Source of the DNA: Amoeboradix gromovi X-113
Lineage: Eukaryota > Fungi > Sanchytriomycota
NCBI GenBank assembly: GCA_018985225.1
Contig: JADGIF010000045.1
Span: 1-27,655, forward strand
DNA: 27,655 nt
Direction: 5' to 3'
The notes under the pieces were generated by a model, which saw only the letters and a list, made by a program, of their open reading frames with translations, made no database searches and was not told the DNA's origin. The position numbers and the translations under genes were made by a program. Shown here piece after piece: positions 9,862 through 21,523 of the stretch. The first letter of the stretch is position 1, and each line of letters begins with the position of its first letter.

Positions 9862-10380
9862 CATGTGGGACATCAAATATAAAAACTGGACTAACTTACT
9901 GTAACAACTTGAACATTATTTCAGCTTTATTAATTTTATGGATTTAAGAGGCGAGTGGACAGTCAGCTAGTTGCGGAGTTGACGAGTATAAAGGAAAATA
10001 AATAACTTTTTGTATCGAAATTTCAAAAATAAATATTCTGTACAGCTATTCTCTTACTTTTTCATCCAATCTTTATTTCAAATAAAATATCACTACTACA
10101 CTTCAAAGAAATAGATAAGAGTAATGATGTTAGTATAACATTACAAAATGACTCTAGAAAAGAGCACCGTCTAAGAATATGCACCTTTTGCTTAGATGCT
10201 CAAAGACCTCATATATTTGAACGAGATGCAGGGTCTTCTAGTATTATTTTAAAAAGAGGAATACAATCAACGAAAGAAAATTGGCATAATAGAAGACCTT
10301 TTATTAATGATAGCATTTCCTCGGTATGGAGCACCTTTAAAAACGAGTTAGTCTAGTTTTTATATTTGGTGTCCCAAATG
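9862..10380 (+). mobile_element. Non-autonomous TIR element, copy 2 (complete, 519 bp)
   Basis: ~35-bp imperfect TIRs: CATGTGGGACATCAAATATAAAAACTGGACTAACT versus the reverse complement of the right end, CATTTGGGACACCAAATATAAAAACTAGACTAACT (3 mismatches). Has an ~30-bp internal insertion relative to copies 1 and 3. Confidence 0.92.
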
Positions 10381-10802
10381 AAATCATGTATTATCAGGCC
10401 ATTGCACTAGCTTTAAAACAATTGTCAAAGCTAGGAGACTCAATGACATGGACCTGATTTATAAATAATGTGTGTTAGAAATGACAATGGCTACAATTAT
10501 GAAATATGCGACTCAAGACGGCGAAATGAAGGAAGGATATGATTTATTTGGCAGCTATTTGTCTAGCAGAAGGGCCAATCACAGTACCTCAAAACTAGAA
10601 AATAGGGTATCCCTTGTTGTAAGCACGTTGGCAATTCCTATTCCTAATTTTAGAACGAAAGATGTAGGTTTGGAATCGATTTTTGGCTTTCAGCATAGTG
10701 GCAATTATGGGGTATTCTTACTTGAGATTTTTGTTTAAAAGAGTCAACTTAAGTTTCAATAAGGATTGCCGCTGATGTATTAAAAATGGAAATCTTGTTT
10801 AT

Positions 10803-12309
10803 TTAGCTTGCAATCCAATCTACATAATCAGACCTTTCGCATGCCTTGTATTCATCAATTAAACCCTGTACTACTTGCCTATATTATTGCAAAATACCTA
10901 GATTCTACAAATTCATCAAATGTATCACCAAATAACGGACACTTACGATATTGATCTAGAAATGCATTTCTTTTGAATAATCTGTCAAACTGTATCCCAG
11001 TTCTCTCAAATATCTGTTTCACACCAGTGTAATTAGCTAGCATTAATCCACTTAATTGTGTTGGCTGTATAACATCAACAGGTGCACTGATGGGTTCATC
11101 ATTAGTCATTGCATCTGTACCAAAAGCGGCTTTAGTTGGGGGTAAATGATACTTTCCCATCAGAGGAGATCTCTTCGAAGTAGCAACTTGTATACTCGCT
11201 GGTGCCCAGGTCATGAAAGGAGCCAGGCGCCGCTCTCTAATTCTTAGCAATGATTTATGAATCTCAGAAGGATCTACCTCACCTTGGATAATCTTTAAGA
11301 TTCCAAGATAGCATTCCTTACCTTGCTCACCACCTCTAGCATCGGTATTTAACAAAGTGGCGCCACAGCTAGCAGAAGAAGAATGCCGCGATGAAATAGC
11401 TACAAGACGATTTTTCGGTTGCAGCAATCTACGCATTATATCAGATACCGAAGTCTTTCTGATATTTCTAGCTTTATCTACTTGTTCACTACTAAACGGA
11501 GTATATGAAGGAATAAGGAACTGAGTCTGTGGTGTAGGGATTAAACCAGACAATATGCTAGTTAAATCGTTATTGAGGTAAGAAGGAAATCTCAAGGTAC
11601 ATGTAGAAGCGGCCATAACGGTTGCAATTAATTGATTCATCTGCGCGAAGGTTGGGTTCTTCAAATTTAGCTGGTCAGTTGCAATTCTTCCAATAGCAGC
11701 ATTATCTAGCACAACCACAGAATCAGCGTATTGAGAAAGCCGTTTCAGTGTTAAAATGCTATTATAAGGCTGTACAACAACATCTGAAGATTCTGAATTA
11801 TTGGGGAAAACTGAGAAAGTATGAAGAATAGATTTTGGGTATCTATCATGCAATCGTTCTAAAAAATAAGATCCCAAGCCGCTTCCAGTTCCACCGGCAA
11901 CACTATGAGCTAACGAAAACGCTTCCAATGAATCGCAACCATCTGCTTCTCTATCTATCATCTCAAATATGTCCTCATATATGTTCTCGCCATGTGTATA
12001 TCCCGACCCCCAATTATTTCCAGCCCCGCCGCCTTCATTAAACAAGTAAATGTTTTCCGGGTTAAACAAATGCCTGTATGGACCCGACAAAATACTATTA
12101 ATTACTCTGGGTTCCATATCAATAAGTAGGGATCTTGGGATGTAATGCTGGTCGTCTGCTTCATAAAAGAACACATCTTTTCTGTCCACCAATTCTTCTT
12201 GCAATATTCCATTTGGCGATATTCCATGCTCTCCACATAACTGCCTGAAAAATTCAGTTGCTATGCTATTTCCTGCTTGTCCAATTTGCAGATTAATAAT
12301 TTCTCGCAT
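10803..12309 (-). CDS. TUBG: Gamma-tubulin; exons 12309-10898 and 10878-10803
   Basis: [47 protein letters not shown]. The spliced C-terminus ESR|[21 protein letters not shown] matches gamma-tubulin. Confidence 0.96.
10879..10897 (-). other. 19-nt intron gtattttgcaataatatag
   Basis: Removal restores the conserved last helix of gamma-tubulin. Confidence 0.93.
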
Positions 12310-12449
12310 TTAGACAATGTGCAATTCTTGAATTGTTTCAAAAACTATTGCTTAAGTTTATGTTACTGCTAAAGAGCACTTCTAATTTATAAACAAAGTC
12401 ATGCTGTCTTTTTTTTCTCTCGCCTTTCAATATTATTCTGTGTCTTTGT

Positions 12450-12640
12450 TAAAAAGAATTTCAAAGAGATTTTCCAGAAACTATTTCATAGAAGTGGAAA
12501 AGTTGAAGTGCAAGATAGTTCTATTTATCAGGAGTGGATGAGTATTGATAAAACCAAGAGTGCCAAATTATGCGGAAGGTGATAATTTCAATGCACAAAA
12601 TGCAGTCACATCGACCACGGAGATTTCAATCGATGGATTC
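12450..12640 (+). pseudogene. Decayed TnpB/Fanzor C-terminal fragment
   Basis: With two frameshifts and stops it reads LKCK..GVDEY**NQECQ/LCGR**FQCTKCSHIDHGDFN, i.e. the vdE.yTS..CxxCG...F.CxxC...hrDxN zinc-finger/RuvC-III pattern. Confidence 0.65.
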
Positions 12641-12798
12641 TAACTTCACACAGGCAACATGCTAAAACGGTATCTATAATAGTTGACTTTACACGCAATG
12701 TGCTTTATTTACGTAGTTACAGATTTTTACATTTAAAGTAGGCGCTGTACGAGTCACAAAATGGAAATAATAAGATAGTTTATATAAAGTATTATTTA

Positions 12799-14610
12799 CT
12801 AACTTGTAGTGTTTTCAATAAAATTTATCAACCTTTGACATACAACTGGTCCTAATACTAGCCGTGTTGGGACATACTTATATTTCTTGATTATCCTGCT
12901 GTATAGTTCTATATTTACATCCTTATGATCAATGTCGTTTAAACTTGAGAAAAATCCTTCTGTGAGTAACTTTCCGGGCTCTGGTGCTGATAAAATCTCC
13001 CTGTGCATATTACAAAAAGTTTTAAATCTCTTAATTAGCAATTCTGCCTTTATGGGTGTTACACCTTTAACTGCTGTCAAAAAGAGCCTGCTTATGTCCT
13101 TGATCATTAGGTGCTCAGATTTATCGCTTACTCCTTGAAATGCATCCAGCGTCAAATTCCAAGGAATGTCGTTGTCCAGCCCAATTACCAATTTACTAGA
13201 ATACTTGTCTACTTTGTAGTTTCTCATGTTTCTATAAAACGACTTGTCTTCAATACTTCTAGCCTCTACATAATAGATACCCGCGGTATATTTGGCTGTT
13301 ATTTGTTTTGTAAGAGTATGCAAATATGCCAGTGTGTGTCGAGGACCTGTAGTTCTAATTGGAATAAAGCCATTGTCAAGAATCTGAACAAAAGCAGTTT
13401 CCAAAGCTTCTACTCCGAAGCGATCTCGATCTTGCTGCTGATTTTGGGATTCTTCCAAGATGTAAAACACCTTCATCTGCATCTCTTGCAGTCTGCCTTT
13501 TTGCTCTAAATACCTTTTATCTTTTATAGAAGAAATCAAATCACAACTAGTTTTACGCTCTATTATGTAGTCCAGTACAACCTTGATCCTACCGTTCAAA
13601 CTGCAAGCTACCCAGAGTGCGTCGCCAAGTCTCAGAGGAGCCATTTCTACAGATATCCCCAAATCGTGTAATTTAGATTCCAATGAGTCTAACCTGAATC
13701 CTCCCAAGTTCTCCCTGTTATCTATAATCAGCTTGATTTTATATTCAGATAATACCTTTAGCGGAATGGAAGCATCTAACTCATCTGATATATCTATAAC
13801 CTCTATGTCATTAATAATATCATTAGTGAGACTATTTTGAGACAGGTCCATAAGTTTCGTTTCTTCTACAACACTGCTTGTACTGCATAAATCAATAACA
13901 TCATTTGGAGGTTTATTCATTATAGGGTTATAGGAGGGTATAAAAAACGAATTAGCCAAATCTATTGATTCTATAGGACTTGATACAGTCTCAATTGGAG
14001 GTGCGTCATTTGCTTTAAGGTTTCCCGCAATTTTGTCTAAGTTCAAAGATAGTTTTGCTGATATTTCAATGCCAAGATCAGTTAATGAATACTTGGCAGG
14101 TCTGCCATAAGACTCAAGAAGTTCTCGGGTTATTAAAGTTTTGACTGCTGTTGACAATGTTGAACTCGAACTCGAAGTACCTTCTAAGATCGAATCAGTA
14201 AACTGCTGGCATTCTTGAATTAAATCGCTTTTTGTAAAGTTACTTTGAGAGCTCTTGTACATGCCAACTAAAATACCAAATGCACACGATCTGTATTTAG
14301 GAACATAAGCTTTCTTTGGTTTTATGTTAACTGCATTTACAATAACATTCTGAACTATGAAAGGACGGGGAGTGTTGTTATCCTTGTACCATTGCCCTAT
14401 TTTAATGTCTATTCTAGCAGCTAGTTTATCGCCGATACCTTTTAACTTTTTAGCGTCTCTTCCTGAATAAATTGGATCGCTTCCGTTTATTAATGACTTA
14501 TAGGCAGTGTTTAGTGTGAATTGCGATTTAGAATCTTTCGCCTTGGCATCTTCGTGCCATTCCAGTATCCAGCGTTGTATATGTAGCTTAAAGTCTTTCA
14601 AGTCAGACAT
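12799..14610 (-). CDS. MUS81: Crossover junction endonuclease MUS81
   Basis: N-terminal HhH (LKGIGDKLA), winged helix (YVPKYRSCAFGIL; YSLTDLG), ERCC4 domain (IIDNRE, LGDALW, ERKTSCDLISSIKDKRYLEQKGRL), C-terminal HhH (VKGVTPIKA). Confidence 0.93.
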   Translation of the reverse strand: MSDLKDFKLHIQRWILEWHEDAKAKDSKSQFTLNTAYKSLINGSDPIYSGRDAKKLKGIGDKLAARIDIKIGQWYKDNNTPRPFIVQNVIVNAVNIKPKKAYVPKYRSCAFGILVGMYKSSQSNFTKSDLIQECQQFTDSILEGTSSSSSTLSTAVKTLITRELLESYGRPAKYSLTDLGIEISAKLSLNLDKIAGNLKANDAPPIETVSSPIESIDLANSFFIPSYNPIMNKPPNDVIDLCSTSSVVEETKLMDLSQNSLTNDIINDIEVIDISDELDASIPLKVLSEYKIKLIIDNRENLGGFRLDSLESKLHDLGISVEMAPLRLGDALWVACSLNGRIKVVLDYIIERKTSCDLISSIKDKRYLEQKGRLQEMQMKVFYILEESQNQQQDRDRFGVEALETAFVQILDNGFIPIRTTGPRHTLAYLHTLTKQITAKYTAGIYYVEARSIEDKSFYRNMRNYKVDKYSSKLVIGLDNDIPWNLTLDAFQGVSDKSEHLMIKDISRLFLTAVKGVTPIKAELLIKRFKTFCNMHREILSAPEPGKLLTEGFFSSLNDIDHKDVNIELYSRIIKKYKYVPTRLVLGPVVCQRLINFIENTTS

Positions 14611-15382
14611 TCAAAAGTAAGTTTCAGGGAATGTCACTTCGCATCATTTTTAAGTATACCGTTATCATTGAATACGATATTTATTGACACAACATGGCTA
14701 CAAGTTGAGTTACCAAAGTTTGGCGTCCAAATTTTCCATCACCAGTAAATCGATACATTGCATCTCTTTCTTCCTTTCAATATTTCTTTCCCAATTTCCC
14801 ACTAATTTTCATTTCATTGTCTTTGGGCTGAAGGTCTTGAAAGGATGTTGTTGAGCACCATTTAAGAAGCCTTGGGTAATTTTGACATCCTGAGATATTG
14901 TTTGTGTTCCCAGATACCAACTAGTAAATAAAAAGGGTTGTACTTGATGTGATGATGTATTTGCACATGTTCACTTAATTGCAGTTTTTATCTGTTTTGG
15001 AAATGCTAATTTTGGCTTGTTGTCTTTATTCTTTCTAGTACGTCATTATCTTCTTTATCTGTTCTTTTGCAATGACTCTTTTTGTGCGCTTTTCCACTTC
15101 TTGGGGTTTTGGGCATAATAAAATCAATGACAGTGAATAATCCAGTGTGGTTTATGGGTGCCCTCCTGCGTATAGATGAGGACATGTGCAGAATGGGCTC
15201 ATTTATTTGAAGTATATGCATCCCTTTTAGTTTAGCGCCAATCCCCTAGTGAGTCCATTCGCTTTTGCAAACGATAGACTTGCGTCTCAGGTTTAAGTGT
15301 AAAAATTCTTAATTTTCTCAAGCGTTTTAAAAAGTAGTTGTGACAAGGAATTGTGTAACAATATTAAATAAAAGGTTGTTTA

Positions 15383-18300
15383 TTAATTGTGTTGTAACGC
15401 TGCGGGCTTTGGCGGTATTACTGGTTTCTTATTTGGCAATTGGGGACCCCCAACATTCGGTCTAATTGTAGGAATTATTGGTTGCTGAATTGTTTGCGGT
15501 AATCTATTAGGCGTAGAGCTATTCACACTCTTTAAAGGAGGCCTTTCATTTTTGTTTGCAGGTACTGCTGGCTGTATTGGTCTAACAGCCCCATATATTT
15601 CAGCGTTGTTGGCTTTTTGGGGAAGAGCTGGCTGTGTTGATCTAACTGTATTACTATTGCTAACAGAATATGCTTGAGAGATGGTTGGCTGCAATGGTCT
15701 GCCTACATTATTCAATTGTTGAACGAATGGCTGCTGCAGAGAATTGTTTGTTGCGGGTTGTTGAGATCTATTTACCGACCTCAGTGTCCCAGCAGGTGAA
15801 TTGCTTGAACTTGCATTCAATAAGCTGTTTCCTGTCAATGGCGATGTGATGTTAGTTGTTGGTAATGATTGACCTGAAGCAGTAGGTCTAGTTGGCAGCT
15901 TAAGTGCATCTATTTTCAGCCCCGTTTCAGATGCCGTAGTAAAACTTCCAGCTCTAGTCAGAGTAGGAGTATTGCTACTGGTTGCTGGGCTAAATGTTTG
16001 ACTACCCGGTGAATTGAGCGTCTGATTACGCTGTGTGGGTCTAACTATTGTCGCTGGTGCTGGTTGAGTAGGTGCTTGAAGGGTTGGTTTCTGCACCTCT
16101 TGAATCTTCTCAATATATGCACTCGGTACCCATCCCTCAATCCCATTGCTATTCTTCCCCAGCCACCAACCATTAGGATCTCCGGGGTTATCCACAGTTA
16201 TTGTATCACCCAATTTAATATTTAACTGATTAGAACCATTGCCAGTAAAGTCAAACAATACTTTGTAACTGTTGCTCTTAAAAGGCGCAGCAGTTGTACT
16301 ATATGTGCTAGTTATTTTTGTGACGTTTGTAGTTTTACTACCTGTGACTGCTTTGTTAATAACTGGCTTTGTCTTAACAACATTTGAAACTGTTTTTTTT
16401 GTTGGTTTGTTGATCCCTATATTAGCTTTAAAATACCTTTTGCCTTGTCTATTCCATCACCAACGTTTACAATTCCTTTCTTTAACGCTACTCCTTGTTG
16501 CTGGGCGTTATAATTGAATTTCATTTTGAATAGTTGCTTGTCTTTTTTGTCTGTACCAACAAGTTTATCAGTAACAAACTCAATTCCTACTGATTTGCAA
16601 ATACATTTTTTAGTCAAAACAGTCATTATCTCCGTTTTAAACAATGAATCTATAATTAAATCATCCTGATTAGTAAAATGCAAGCAAATCAAGTCATCCG
16701 CGTATATAGAGGTACTAATCCCAGTCAATCCAGTTAAGTCCTGCTGTTTATATAAAACAGGAATCATTTCATTGTGATCAGGTTTTATCTGAATCAAATA
16801 CAAGAATGAAGCAGTGACTATTAGATATCGGACACTCCATTTATCACTTCTAATAACCCTATTTCTAAGAACAGAGACTCTGCAACTAAAAACAGCAGGA
16901 TTTAACTTGCTTATTGGATTGTCTAGACAAGGATTAAAGAATGCAAAGTTGGTTTTGTTTAGGTTCAAATAATCACCATGAAATGCACGCGAGTGGAGAA
17001 GGCTCAAAGTTCTGCGAGATTTGTGATTGAAGACTAATGCATGTCCTTGGGACTTTAAATCGTCTCTTGAGTATCCATTAATCAATCTCCAAAATCGTTG
17101 TATCTTCACTACACACTGTACTTTGTGCTTCAAATGTAGTCTATACTGTTTTTGTATGCGGTATGCCATTCTATGCCAGTATTTATCGCGCATGTTCTCT
17201 AAAATAAATAGAGTCTCTGGCTTTTTAATGAATGCCTTGCTTACTCCCAGTTGCCATTCGTCCTCATGTATGCCACTGTCCATCAGTATAATACGACAGC
17301 CTTCTTTTAAATTACCATTCCATGTGCAACTACCGTACTGGCAAGTGCGAGGAGTCAACAAATAAAATCGATTTATAAAAACATCAAATGATTGGCGGTA
17401 TGCAAACCCAGCCCGTCTAACCTTGATGTTTTCTAAAAGACCCAAATATATAGTTTGATGCAACATCAATTTCGCGTCGTATTCTTTGGGTGACTTGTTA
17501 TTGTTAGGTTTAATGCATCTAATGTAAGAAGGTTCACATTGTTTTAAAGTAGCTATCAATGATTGAGCGGAATTCTTTATCAAATCGCTAGCTGTGGGTG
17601 GTCTTTTACTGCTTATTGTGCTGCTAGATTGTGCAAATAGCTGATTAACTAATTGATTAGTGCTAGAATTCAGCAGCGTTAATAAATCTTTATTCAAGAC
17701 GTCCTTGTTCTTGTCAGTAATTCCAGTTAAATCATACTGCACATCACCTGCATAGTGATTTATAATGAATTTATTACCGCGGTGCTGAAAATGTGGATTG
17801 TTGATAGATCTCAGTCTATCAATTGCCATTTTATCGGCTTGATCGTTATCAGCATGAACCGTAGCAATAGCATCATTTAAAACGGCAAAAACGCCGTTAT
17901 TTTCAATCAGATCACAAACTATCTTGTTATCAAAGTACTTTATCGGAGTCCATTTTATGCCTTCAGCCAAATAATCATCTTGTTCTGACTTCAACGTTAG
18001 CTCGATAAATATCTGTTGAAGCTTTTCATTGACATAATTGATACAAAGCTGCTCGAAACTGTTGTGTTCAAATATCTCAAATCCATAAATATCTAATATG
18101 CTGATTGTGTTAGCAACAGTTGTAGTAGATTTTAGTTTTTCATTCAACTGGGCAACAATCCAATCGAATAATCTAGAATACAGTGACATAGATAAAGCAT
18201 CTCTTACAGCCGTAGCTTGTACAACATTTAACGGGGAATAGTAGAACGAGGATCGCCCCGAGGTTGTCATGAATTTGGTGGTCAAGGCCAAGGTTAGTGC

Positions 18301-19242
18301 CTCAATATTAACCTGCAACAAATAGGCAACAGATTGAAGAGGACTAGCGTCTGCAATTATTGCCTCACCCTTTTCATTTTCAGTATAGGAACAGTTTCCA
18401 ATCCACAAAATAGTGGCTAAAATACGATGCACGTTGTATTGGTCAGTCTTACTTATTCCAATGATATTCATAGCATCAACTACAAGTGCATAATCCTCGG
18501 TGTCGTTAACGTTAACGATGTCTGTAGTAGTCATAGTGTAAACATAACACTCCGGACCACTAATTCCCATTTCTTGACGCATTTGAGGAGTGCAGCCCTT
18601 ACAAAATTGATAAAAGATGTGAAAGTTTCGTTCGTCTTTTGATTGAGATACTACACGATTCTTTTCCAACAGGTAGTTTGTGATTGTGCTACCAATTGGC
18701 AACCCATGAGAGTCAAAAAGAATAGATAAATACTTGCCAAACCTACTAGAATTATTGTTTCTTAATGTTTTAGCGTTGCCAAATGCTTCTAAAAGAGGAT
18801 TGGTGGCTAAAATCATGTCCTTTAAATGATTCATTTTAGTATCATTTGCGTTTTTGATGGAAACCTCAGCAACATATTGAAGTATACGCTTAGCATTTTC
18901 TGTCTTACCAGCACCCGACTCACCACTGATAATGGAACACTGATTTGCTTTAAATTGAATCATTTGTCGATACATGTATTCAGCAATCGCGTATACATGA
19001 GGTGCCATTTCAATTCTAATACGTCCACGATAGCTATTTAAAATATCAGGTGTATATATGCCAGGATCCCTAAAAGGGTTGACAGCAATTAAAACAAATC
19101 CAATATAGCAATAAATAAATCCATTTTGATATCTAACTTGCAAGTTCTTAATTATTTCATCATTGTTTATAGAAGTTAACAGCGTCATGTCATCTACACC
19201 AGGTCTCTTCTCATCAGAAGTGTAAACCGCTTTTTTACTCAT
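15383..19242 (-). CDS. MYO1: Long-tailed class I myosin (motor, IQ, TH1, SH3, Pro-rich tail); exons 19242-16437 and 16416-15383
   Basis: GESGAGKT, NNNSSRFGKY, DIYGFE, VRRAGFAYR. Splicing joins in frame to the SH3 (YKVLFDFTG..GWW..GWVPSAYI). Confidence 0.93.
16417..16436 (-). other. 20-nt intron gtattttaaagctaatatag
   Basis: Joins the myosin TH1 region to the SH3-containing ORF in frame. Confidence 0.92.
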
Positions 19243-19353
19243 AAAACAATGTTTTGAAGTTGGTAGGGCTTTAATAGGTCAACCAAAATTTAAACGTGCA
19301 AGTGACAACTGCAGATAGCATATCAGTTAAAATTACATACAGTATCCTATCAG

Positions 19354-21523
19354 TTAAGTGTTTATTTTTTTATTAAGCAGTTCGTGCATAGCATATTCAT
19401 CAATTATATTTTGCATCGATGGAAACCTAGCCAGTACTGCCATCATCTGGTCAAACAAACTTTCGTTCAATTTGAATCTGATCAGTATTTCTTTGACGTG
19501 GGTTACGCAGTTTTCATTTGCTAAATATGTGATGTAGTCTAATAAACAGGATACTAATTTGTCTTCCTCTTTTATCAATAGCAACTGCCTCTAAGTTAAC
19601 AAAAACTACCTCCAAATATTGCCTGGTTGCAGCTGATTTCAAGCTAGAATGTGAGTTCAAAATGTGGTTTATTTGGTTGTTCTCTTTAATCTCATATCTA
19701 TCGTTTAACACCTCAAATTCAGATGCACTTGATTTCATCCATTTCTCCAGTTGCCTGTTGTAAATGTACGTAGCTTTGGCAGTGATCAATGTAATTTCAA
19801 TATGATTATTCAAGTCAATTCGAATAATATGCTCATTTCTTAATACAGGAGCTATTTGACACGTGGATTCTAGTTTTAAGCCGCTAGAACTAACAACATA
19901 CACATCTATTGTGCCTAGTTGATTTAGCATGGCAAATCTATTGCCGAAACTAGTTATGCAAAATACTTGAGATTCTAACAATACTGGTAGCATGATTTGC
20001 CGAAGTGATTTCGTAAATATCAACATTTCATGGGATACTGATATTGTAACCAAATATTCTTCAATGACTGTAATAAATAGAATATTATCCGTCTCTAGAA
20101 TGCGCTTGAATTCATATTCAGGGTGAGACACTTGTATTTCAGAGTAATTCTTGTCTGGGGTATTATTTAACACAGTGTACTTGCAGTTTCCATGTTCAAT
20201 TGCTGTCTGCTCTTTGATGCTAGTCAAAATAAACGATTCATTTTTATTTAAACAGATGTCGTAAACTGGCACCATTGTAGGTTGGTGGGTATTTTGAATT
20301 AGCGGTGTTGTAGTTGGTTGTATCCTTTTTTTGCCGTCTTTGCCTATTGTAGTTTTTTGGGCAGTTTTATTTATTTTAAGATTATTTGAATTAGTAGTTG
20401 GAGCAACTGGTACTTTTTGAACAGAATAAACCGGAGCATCCAGCAATTCAATCTCTTTTATGGATATGGGAGCAGAGCTTACCTTAGCAATTCCTTGCTG
20501 TTGCAAATAAATGGCCATCTCATGTTCAGTCAAAGGCTCACCTAATTCATCGGCAGTGAAATTAAAAAAAACTACAGATCCATCAAGGCTAGACACTGCC
20601 AGAGACAAGCCGTCATTATGCCAGTGCATGCTGGATATGCTGTTTGTAAAAATAGATTCTTTTATGACGCAGAGTGGTTCATAGACACATGACATCCACA
20701 ACGTAATATAGTTGTCAAGAGAAACTGTTGCAAGAATGCTACACACAGATTCATTGTTGAAAGATCTGTTGTATAGTTTTGGAGAGAAGCAGGTCAAGCA
20801 AACTTTTGAAAAATGAATTAAACTAGTCTCTTGTAGATCTCTGGTAATCAGCAAGCAGGCAGGCAATTTCGAGTGGAAAGTACTAGGTACTGCTAACTGC
20901 TGGCCATCTGGAGAGTAAGACAATTTTAAGGTAAATTCATCACTGGTTTTATCAATTTGTTTTTTAAAAGACTGCACAGGCTGTGGTTGATCTACTTTTG
21001 TAATATCATATATTATAAGCTCTTTTGTTGAGAGTAAAGCTATAAATTGACCAAGAGGATCAAAGCAAATTGTTTTAATCGGCAAATCAAGAAAAATAGT
21101 CGATATCAATACAGGGGATTTTGACATTTTATAAATATTACAATCACCATGTATGTTGCATAAGGCAATTACAGATTTGTCGTTAGATATAGCCAAGTCA
21201 TGGGGCACAAAGTTGCTGTTAGCACTACCGACAACCTGGAAATTAAACCAAACCGCCAGCATTCCATCGATACTGCAACTTATAAGAGTGTCTTTGTCGA
21301 GAAAGCTGATACATTGCAGGCTTCCGTGGTGGTAATTTAGCACTTTTGGATTTTGAGGTTGATTATTTATTAGGGATTCAATGTCCCAGATTTTAATGTT
21401 GGTATCATCAGAACCTGTTGCCAAATATTTATCTGTCAAATCTATGCAAGTAATAGACATTCTTGCATTCTTCTCGAATATTGTATCTGAGATATGGCAA
21501 ACATCAGGTTTGACAACTCTCAT
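19354..21523 (-). CDS. HIR1: HIRA/Hir1 histone chaperone (WD40, B-motif, C-terminal Hira domain); exons 21523-19610 and 19590-19354
   Basis: MRVVKP start, WD40 repeats (LATGSDDTNIKIWD; SSLDGSV), B-motif QKTTIGKDGKKRIQP, spliced YLE|RQLL..LLDYITYLANE. Confidence 0.88.
19591..19609 (-). other. 19-nt intron gtagtttttgttaacttag
   Basis: Joins ORF 19514-21523 to ORF 19354-19584, giving a HIRA-like C-terminus. Confidence 0.87.

Noticed and set aside
10472-10738. 88-aa plus-strand ORF next to element copy 2
   Set aside because: No recognisable motif and a GTG start; cannot be supported as a gene, though not excluded
15006-15221. 71-aa minus-strand ORF
   Set aside because: No motif and no consensus intron linking it to further exons
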